Source: an uncultured Candidatus Saccharibacteria bacterium | Lineage (GTDB): Bacteria; Patescibacteriota; Minisyncoccia; UBA6257; Colwellbacteraceae | Direction: 5' to 3' | Length of the DNA stretch: 64,000 nucleotides | Assembly (NCBI GenBank): GCA_964348915.1 | Contig: CAYGEM010000001.1 | Location: 10,360-74,359, forward strand | Shown: piece after piece, positions 57,998-64,000 of the stretch | How positions within the stretch are numbered: position 1 is the first letter of the stretch | Layout of the letters: every line of letters begins with the position of its first letter | Translations under genes and position numbers: made by a program | The notes under the pieces: model-generated | Database searches by the model: none | The model's input: only the letters and a program-made list of their open reading frames with translations | Told to the model about the DNA's origin: nothing

Positions 57998-59293
57998 TTA
58001 TTTCCCGCGCATGAATACCCTCAGCATAGTCCGCGTGACGGTAATGGCCGAGAATAAACTGACAATCACGCCGAAAAGTAAAGTCAGGGCGAAACCGCGG
58101 ACAAAACTGGAAGTCAGATAGTAAAGGATAAGGGAGCTCAATATCGTGGAAGCATTGGAGTCGCGAATGGAAGTCCAGGCGCGCAAAAATCCGGACTCAA
58201 TTGCCTCTTTCATCGCGATGCCGGCTTTGCGTTCTTCTCTCGTTCTTTCAAAAATAAGGATGTTCGCGTCCACGGCCATGCCGACGGAAAGGATGAATCC
58301 GGTAATGCCCGCCAGACTCATTGTGAAGTGCGGAATAAGTTTGAAAACCGCCAAAGAGAAAAAGATATAAAAAATCAAGGCGACGGAAGAAATCAAACCG
58401 AAGGAGCGATAAAAAACCATCATGAAAATTATCACCAAGACGACGCCTATCGCGCCGGCCAGAATCATTTTATCCAAGGAATCGGCCGCGGCCGTGGCGT
58501 TCACCGTACGTTGATTAATCAGTTTTATCGGCGCAGAAATCGCGCCGGCATTAAACCTCTCGGCGAACTTTCTCGCCACGTCCGGCGTTATTCCCTCGCC
58601 GGAAATAGAAGCCACGCCACCGATAATTTTTTCATTCACCCGGGGACAACTACCTGACGGATTATCCGGAAAAATAAAATTATTATCGACGAAAATACAA
58701 AGGGGCTTATCGACATTGCGTTCGGTTACGATTTCGAACGTTTTAGTTCCTTCAGCATCCAAAGTCAGGGAAACAAAACTTTGCCCTAATTCGTCGTACT
58801 CAACCGACGCTTTCTTAATATTCCGGCCAGCTAATTCAGTCCGGTCGCAAACCACCGCGTTATTCTCCGCCCGACAATTCTCCCGAAAATCCAAAACCGG
58901 CGTTTCGCCTATCATCTCGGCCGCCTTGCCCAAATCTTTCACCCCGGCAATTTCCACCAACAGCTGATAATGGTCTCCTTTTTTCGCCAGAACCAATTTC
59001 GGCTCGGAAACGCCGTAAAAATTGATCCTTCTTTCGATGACGTCCTTCAGACCGTTGACGATTTTCTGATGGTCGGCCTGATCAATGCCGGTTAAATCGA
59101 TATCGTAAACGAGCGTCGCTCCGCCAACCAAATCAAGACCGAGCCGCCACGGCATATAACGATTGAAGTACAAATCGGGAACAACGATGCCGGCAATTTT
59201 CGCGCCGGGCTGGGGCAAAACGAAAAAAGCGGCGATAACGGCAAGAAGCACGATCGCAAATAAAGCCATTATATATTTACCGGATTTTTTCAT
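57998..59293 (-). CDS. secD: Protein-export membrane protein SecD
   Basis: 431 aa; N-terminal TM, periplasmic domain, C-terminal TM bundle with the GLDLVGG motif. Confidence 0.85.
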   Translation of the reverse strand: MKKSGKYIMALFAIVLLAVIAAFFVLPQPGAKIAGIVVPDLYFNRYMPWRLGLDLVGGATLVYDIDLTGIDQADHQKIVNGLKDVIERRINFYGVSEPKLVLAKKGDHYQLLVEIAGVKDLGKAAEMIGETPVLDFRENCRAENNAVVCDRTELAGRNIKKASVEYDELGQSFVSLTLDAEGTKTFEIVTERNVDKPLCIFVDNNFIFPDNPSGSCPRVNEKIIGGVASISGEGITPDVARKFAERFNAGAISAPIKLINQRTVNATAAADSLDKMILAGAIGVVLVIIFMMVFYRSFGLISSVALIFYIFFSLAVFKLIPHFTMSLAGITGFILSVGMAVDANILIFERTREERKAGIAMKEAIESGFLRAWTSIRDSNASTILSSLILYYLTSSFVRGFALTLLFGVIVSLFSAITVTRTMLRVFMRGK

Positions 59294-59349
59294 GCTTGTT
59301 TTATTTTCGTTTCGGGACTTTTTATATTTTCATCCTTTTGGACAATCTG

Positions 59350-59421
59350 TCCCCCCGGAAGGACTCGAACCTTCAACTTTTTGCTTAAAAGGCAACTACT
59401 CTACCATTGAGTTACGGGGGG
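59350..59421 (-). tRNA. tRNA-Lys (anticodon UUU)
   Basis: Minus-strand cloverleaf: acceptor CCCCCCG/CGGGGGG; UA; D-arm ACUC-AAUGGUA-GAGU; anticodon loop CUUUUAA (UUU); T-arm GAAGG-UUCGAGU-CCUUC; discriminator A; 72 nt; no CCA. Confidence 0.75.
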
Positions 59422-59440
59422 CTATCACCAAAAAAGCATA

Positions 59441-60508
59441 TCACTCCCCCTCTTCCTCTTCAAGCATCTTTTTCAGTTTCGAATCAATTTTTTTGGGCGT
59501 TATCAGATTGAAACGAACAATCAAATCTCCCCGCGGCGTGATTCCTTTTCCGTGAACGACAAAATCGTTGCGTAAATTGAATCCGGCCGGGATTTTGACT
59601 TCAATTGTTTTCCCGTCCAGCATTTCCAGCCGGATGCTTTTCTGCAAAAAAATATCCCTAAGATTAATGTCTTTATAAAGAACGAGGTTGTCCCCTTCGC
59701 GGGAGAAAAGAGGGTGCGGTTTGATTCTGACACGGATATAAAGGTCTCCGGCCGGAAGCCCCCGTTCTCCCGCCTCTCCCTTGCCTTTAATTTTTATTAT
59801 CTGGCCGTCGACAACACCCGGCCGGATTTCAACAGTCACGTCCTCCCGAAGTCCGGCTAACCGGCCGGCGCCCTTGCATTTTTCGCACAATTCATTCGGA
59901 ACTCTTCCGGTTCCGTTACAGGCATGGCAAGGGCTGACTTGAGAAAAATTGCCGAGAAAAGTTTTTTTCTGCTCCCTGATTTCGCCGCGGCCGCCGCAGA
60001 TGCCGCAGACGGAAAAACCGCGGCTTTCGTTATGCCCTTTCCCTTTGCAGAGTCCGCATTCAACCGAAGTTTTCAAATTAAAACGAATCTCTTTACCCCT
60101 CATCGCTTCCTTCAGAGAAATCTCTTCCGCTACTTCGATGTCCGAACCGCGGCGATAAACCGGACGTCCGGCTCCGCGGCCCTGAAAAAAGATATCGAAA
60201 ATATCCTCCAGTCCTCCGAAACCGCCGAAACCGGATTTCTCCCAATCAAATCCGGCGAAGGGCCCTCCGGAAAAACCGCCGAAACCCGAAGCGCCGTTGT
60301 TTTCGAAAGTACTGCCGAAACGGTCGTATTGCGCCCGCTTATCCTTATTGGACAAAACCTGATAGGCCTCGTTTATTTCCTTAAATTTCGCTTCGTCTCC
60401 TCCGGGCTTGTCCGGATGACACTCGTGCGCCAAACGGCGATAAGCTTTTTTAATTTCTTCTCCGGAAGCGCTTTTCTCAACGCCTAAAATTTTGTAGTAA
60501 TCTTTCAT
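59441..60508 (-). CDS. dnaJ: Chaperone DnaJ
   Basis: J-domain with HPD ([12 protein letters not shown]), Gly-rich linker, four CxxCxGxG zinc repeats; 355 aa. Confidence 0.9.
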   Translation of the reverse strand: MKDYYKILGVEKSASGEEIKKAYRRLAHECHPDKPGGDEAKFKEINEAYQVLSNKDKRAQYDRFGSTFENNGASGFGGFSGGPFAGFDWEKSGFGGFGGLEDIFDIFFQGRGAGRPVYRRGSDIEVAEEISLKEAMRGKEIRFNLKTSVECGLCKGKGHNESRGFSVCGICGGRGEIREQKKTFLGNFSQVSPCHACNGTGRVPNELCEKCKGAGRLAGLREDVTVEIRPGVVDGQIIKIKGKGEAGERGLPAGDLYIRVRIKPHPLFSREGDNLVLYKDINLRDIFLQKSIRLEMLDGKTIEVKIPAGFNLRNDFVVHGKGITPRGDLIVRFNLITPKKIDSKLKKMLEEEEGE

Positions 60509-60561
60509 CTCAAATTCGCCGAAAATATAAACTAAACGGAAATAAAAGGCAACAAAAAAAA

Positions 60562-61557
60562 TTAATTCAAGAGGACAATCTCCCGGCTTCTCGCCTCCAA
60601 ACTCACTCGAGCAAAATTGACGATAATCAGCAGTTCATAAAGGAGAAAGCCAAGAAAAGCCGTCGGCCAGAGAAAGAGAAAAGAAACCGACTTAAGCAAA
60701 ACAAACATAACGACGCCCGCGACTAAAGAGACACGAGCGGGAGGAAAGGAAGAAAGCAAGCTGGAAATTTTCTGGTCGATGAAAGCATATAGATTTTCTC
60801 CGGTGGTCTTCTCCGGGTCGATCGGCCCCAAAGACGTTTCCAATTGTTTTTCAAAGTCCGCGGAAATTTTATCGATTGCCTCAACTCTGGTCCGGTCGGG
60901 AATCTTTTCAAATTCACCCGGCTCTAACTGTTTCCGCAAGAGATCTTCGGCTGTTTTCTCCAAAAAATCTTTTGTTTTCATTTCGAAAGAAAAACCCGGA
61001 GAATAAGAATTCAAAATAGGATTGAGCGGCCGGAGCATGGAGGAAAAAGCATCAAGCGAAAACGCCTTGGCCGGATTAAACGTCACGCCGTAAATTACAG
61101 AGATAAAAACAATCATGCCGATTATGACTTTCGGCAAAACAACGTAGGCGGTTTTTAAAAAATCGAGTTTCAAACAATTCTCCGCGTATCTCCGTCCGGC
61201 CCGCTCACCCAAAAGAACGAAGATGAAAAGAAACGCTCCGGCGGCCAGAAAAACCAGCGCCGGTATCTCTCCGGCCTTGACGAGTCCGCTCGCGGAAACG
61301 AGCGCGATGGACTGAAGAAGGACGGCGAAAGATATTTTGCCGAGCCCCTTGATCAAAAACGCCTGCAGACAAAAGAAAGCAAAAAGGAAAATTATGGAAA
61401 TCGTTGAAAGTAAAAGATTATTTTCCGCGATAAAATAACCCGACCCGATTGCCGAAAAAACGCCCAGGGAGACAATCAGGGCGATTTTCCACAATGAATA
61501 ATCGACATCAGCCTCGCTGGTTGTCTTCGTCGGTTCCGGATTCGGGTTGTTTACCAT
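60562..61557 (-). CDS. Hypothetical polytopic membrane protein inserted between dnaK and dnaJ
   Basis: About 6 TM helices plus a soluble C-terminal segment; the start is uncertain (the ORF overlaps the dnaK 3' end by 49-118 nt depending on start). Confidence 0.4.
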   Translation of the reverse strand: MVNNPNPEPTKTTSEADVDYSLWKIALIVSLGVFSAIGSGYFIAENNLLLSTISIIFLFAFFCLQAFLIKGLGKISFAVLLQSIALVSASGLVKAGEIPALVFLAAGAFLFIFVLLGERAGRRYAENCLKLDFLKTAYVVLPKVIIGMIVFISVIYGVTFNPAKAFSLDAFSSMLRPLNPILNSYSPGFSFEMKTKDFLEKTAEDLLRKQLEPGEFEKIPDRTRVEAIDKISADFEKQLETSLGPIDPEKTTGENLYAFIDQKISSLLSSFPPARVSLVAGVVMFVLLKSVSFLFLWPTAFLGFLLYELLIIVNFARVSLEARSREIVLLN

Positions 61558-63439
61558 TCTCTTTATTATACATCGCTTCGCCGATTCGCTGAATAACGGC
61601 GGACAATTCGGCGATAGCCGATTCAATCGTTTCTTTTTCTTTACCTTCGATGGTTTTCTTTAACGCGTCGATTTTTTCCTGAATCTCGCTTTTTAGCTCG
61701 ACGGGAATTTTTTCTCCCGCGTCGGCTAACGCTTTTCCGGCGGTATAAACAAGGGTCTCGCCGCGATTTACCGCCTCAACCAAATCTTTTTTGTTCTTAT
61801 CTTCGTCGGCATGTTCAGCCGCCTCTCTTTTCAATTTTTCTATTTCTTCTTTGCTTAGGGCGGTCTGCGCTTCGATACGGACCGTCTGACTTTTCCCGGT
61901 GGCTTTATCCGCCGCCTTCACGCTTAAAATGCCATTGGCGTCGATATCAAAAGAGACCTCCACTTGCGGTATGCCGCGCGGCGCCGGCGGAAGCCCGTCC
62001 AGAATAAACCGAGCCAAAGTTTTGTTGTCCGCGGACATGGGCCGTTCTCCCTGGGTAACGTGGATTTCCACCGAGGTCTGGCTGTCGGCGGCAGTAGAAA
62101 AAATCTGGGTTTTGGCGGTCGGAACCGTGGTGTTCTTGAGAATCATCGGTGTGGCCACTCCACCCATGGTTTCAATACTCAAGGTAAGCGGGTTGACATC
62201 AAGAAGCAGAATGTCTTTCACGTCGCCCTGAAAAATTCCAGCCTGGATAGCCGCGCCCAAAGCCACCACTTCATCCGGATTTATGGTCCGGTTCGGTTCT
62301 TTGCCAAAAAGTTTTTTCACCGCTTCCTGTATCGCCGGCATCCGGGTCTGTCCTCCGACCAAAACAATCTGGTCAAGGTCGGAAGTTTTAAATCCGGCTT
62401 CTTCCACGGTTTTCTTTGTCAGCTCAATGGAACGGTCGATATATTCTTTGACCAATTCTTCCAGTTTGGCCCGGGTAATCTTCATCAGGAAATGCTTCGG
62501 TCCGGCCGCGTCCGAACTGATATAAGGCAGATTGATTTCGGTCTCAAAAGACGAAGAGAGTTCATGCTTGGCGCGCTCCGCCGCTTCTTTCAAACGCTGA
62601 AGCGCCAGAGGGTCTTTGGAAATATCAACACCTTCTTGTTTCTTGTATTCCTTAACCAGATATTCGTTGATTTTTTTGTCAAAATCGTCGCCGCCCAAAT
62701 GAGTGTCGCCGCCGGTCGATTTTACTTCAACCGTGTCGTCACCGACTTCAAGCACGGAAACGTCAAAAGTCCCTCCGCCGAAATCGTAAACAATGATTTT
62801 CTCGTTTCCTTTCTTATTCAAACCGTAAGCCAAAGCCGCGGCCGTCGGCTCGTTTAAAATCCGGCGTACTTTGAAACCGGCAACCTCTCCGGCGTTCTTG
62901 GTCGCCTGACGCTGGGAGTCGTCGAAATAAGCCGGAACGGTAATAACCGCTTCTTCTATTTTCTCGCCAAGACGCATTTCCGCGTCGGCCTTTATTTTCG
63001 CGAGCACCATGGCGGAAATTTCCTCGGGCTTGTACCACTTACCTTGCCCCGAGGACTTCGAGTGAGCCTCAGTCGAACTCCCCGTCGAAGGAGCTTGCCC
63101 TGAGCTTGCCGAAGGGTCTCCCATTTTTATTTCCACTCCGCCGTTTTCCGACTCGCGCAATTCGTAAGGAAGCCATTCACGGTCGCGTTTCACTTCCGGG
63201 TCGGTCCATTTCCGGCCAATAAGCCGCTTCACCGAAAAAATGGTGTTTTTCGGGTTAGTAATGGCCTGGCGCTTGGCCACCAGTCCGACCAGCCGTTCGT
63301 TCGCCTTGCTTAAAGCCGTAACCGACGGGGTGGTACGATTGCCTTCGCTGTTCTCGATAATCGCCGGCTCGCCATCGGCGCCGACATAAGCCACCGCCGA
63401 GTTAGTCGTTCCTAAATCTATTCCGATTATTTTTGCCAT
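61508..63439 (-). CDS. dnaK: Chaperone DnaK (Hsp70)
   Basis: [28 protein letters not shown]; 643 aa. The long antisense ORF 61964..62857 (+) is rejected. Confidence 0.97.
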   Translation of the reverse strand: MAKIIGIDLGTTNSAVAYVGADGEPAIIENSEGNRTTPSVTALSKANERLVGLVAKRQAITNPKNTIFSVKRLIGRKWTDPEVKRDREWLPYELRESENGGVEIKMGDPSASSGQAPSTGSSTEAHSKSSGQGKWYKPEEISAMVLAKIKADAEMRLGEKIEEAVITVPAYFDDSQRQATKNAGEVAGFKVRRILNEPTAAALAYGLNKKGNEKIIVYDFGGGTFDVSVLEVGDDTVEVKSTGGDTHLGGDDFDKKINEYLVKEYKKQEGVDISKDPLALQRLKEAAERAKHELSSSFETEINLPYISSDAAGPKHFLMKITRAKLEELVKEYIDRSIELTKKTVEEAGFKTSDLDQIVLVGGQTRMPAIQEAVKKLFGKEPNRTINPDEVVALGAAIQAGIFQGDVKDILLLDVNPLTLSIETMGGVATPMILKNTTVPTAKTQIFSTAADSQTSVEIHVTQGERPMSADNKTLARFILDGLPPAPRGIPQVEVSFDIDANGILSVKAADKATGKSQTVRIEAQTALSKEEIEKLKREAAEHADEDKNKKDLVEAVNRGETLVYTAGKALADAGEKIPVELKSEIQEKIDALKKTIEGKEKETIESAIAELSAVIQRIGEAMYNKENGKQPESGTDEDNQRG

Positions 63440-63484
63440 GATGAAATGTTTTAATTGCTATAACTGTTCTAACTGTTGTAAATG

Positions 63485-63988
63485 TTATTTGGCTATTTTC
63501 ACTCTGGCCGGCCGGATGATTTTGCCGTTCAAAGTATATCCCCTTTCCACTTCTTCGACGACTGTTCCGGAAGGATTTTCCGATTCGACTTCGACGATGG
63601 CTTCCTGAAGATTGGGGTCGAAAGGCGAACCGACGGAAATAATCACCCTTTCCAAACCTCTTTTCTTGAGCACGTCTTCCAGCTGGGTCCGGATCATATA
63701 AAATCCTTTGGACTCGATGCCCTTACCCTCAAGAGTAACAAGGCCAAGGTCGAAACTGTCGAGAACGACAATAAGGTCGCGAATCATATCTTCGTTGGCA
63801 AATCTCGCCATTTCAGCCAACCGACCGAGCTCGTCTTTTTTATAATTGATAAAATCCGCTTTGGCGCGCTTCCAGCCATCCAGATATTCCTCGCATTTTT
63901 TTTGGAATTTTTCCAGCTCGGTTTCTTCCGCTTTCTCTCCCGGCGCGGCTTTCGCCCCGTTGTCTTGAACCGAATCGCTGTTATTCAA
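63485..63988 (-). CDS. grpE: Nucleotide exchange factor GrpE
   Basis: 167 aa; GrpE coiled-coil plus C-terminal beta domain; upstream of dnaK. Confidence 0.8.
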   Translation of the reverse strand: MNNSDSVQDNGAKAAPGEKAEETELEKFQKKCEEYLDGWKRAKADFINYKKDELGRLAEMARFANEDMIRDLIVVLDSFDLGLVTLEGKGIESKGFYMIRTQLEDVLKKRGLERVIISVGSPFDPNLQEAIVEVESENPSGTVVEEVERGYTLNGKIIRPARVKIAK

Positions 63989-64000
63989 ATCTTGGTTGTT

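Overview
This 64 kb window looks like a reduced-genome, CPR/Patescibacteria-like bacterium; that assignment is an inference from gene content, not a database match. Most genes are on the minus strand. The main landmarks, in coordinate order:
- 0-3.4 kb: a nucleotide-housekeeping cluster on the plus strand (HD hydrolase, Ham1/RdgB ITPase, THEP1-like NTPase with a SWIM zinc finger).
- 3.5-5.5 kb: an RRM RNA-binding protein, a secreted M15-like peptidase, and a stand-alone Cas4/RecB-like PD-(D/E)XK nuclease.
- 5.5-7.1 kb: RNase P RNA (rnpB), RNase HI and a DHH/DHHA1 nanoRNase-like phosphoesterase. RNase HI has no canonical start codon and sits -1 to the DHH gene across a run of seven A.
- 7.1-18 kb: pgk-tpiA, a cell-shape cluster (mreB-mreC-mreD-PBP2), proS, rseP, frr, holB, a second mreB paralog and map.
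- 18-33 kb: the large ribosomal-protein operon (secY-adk back to S10, then tuf-fusA-rpsG-rpsL). uL30 and uL29 are absent from their conserved slots and uL15 is truncated to 67 aa.
- 33-35 kb: rpmB, tRNA-Pro(GGG), then a plus-strand islet with a visibly more G+C-rich NlpC/P60 peptidase and a Nudix-like protein.
- 36-36.6 kb: a roughly 600 bp hairpin-rich non-coding stretch between ndk and prmC. It carries a strong minus-strand terminator and a perfect SD+ATG for a 31-aa Cys-rich peptide.
- 36.6-41.8 kb: ndk, aspS, a two-ORF ComEC, mnmA.
- 41.8-52.8 kb: an AT-rich defence island between mnmA and efp. It holds a NYN nuclease, a KTSC protein, a Type I R-M system (hsdR-hsdM ... hsdS), RadC-like JAB and Fic. 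An uncharacterised 801-aa all-alpha protein and a 137-aa membrane protein are inserted between hsdM and hsdS. This insertion is the best candidate in the window for an undescribed defence module.
- 53-57 kb: a sigma70-region-4 regulator, a 440-aa membrane protein and a VirD4/TraD-like coupling ATPase that lacks its own TM domain.
- 57-64 kb: secD/secF, tRNA-Lys(UUU), and grpE-dnaK-(membrane protein)-dnaJ.
No CRISPR array, rRNA or transposase was recognised.
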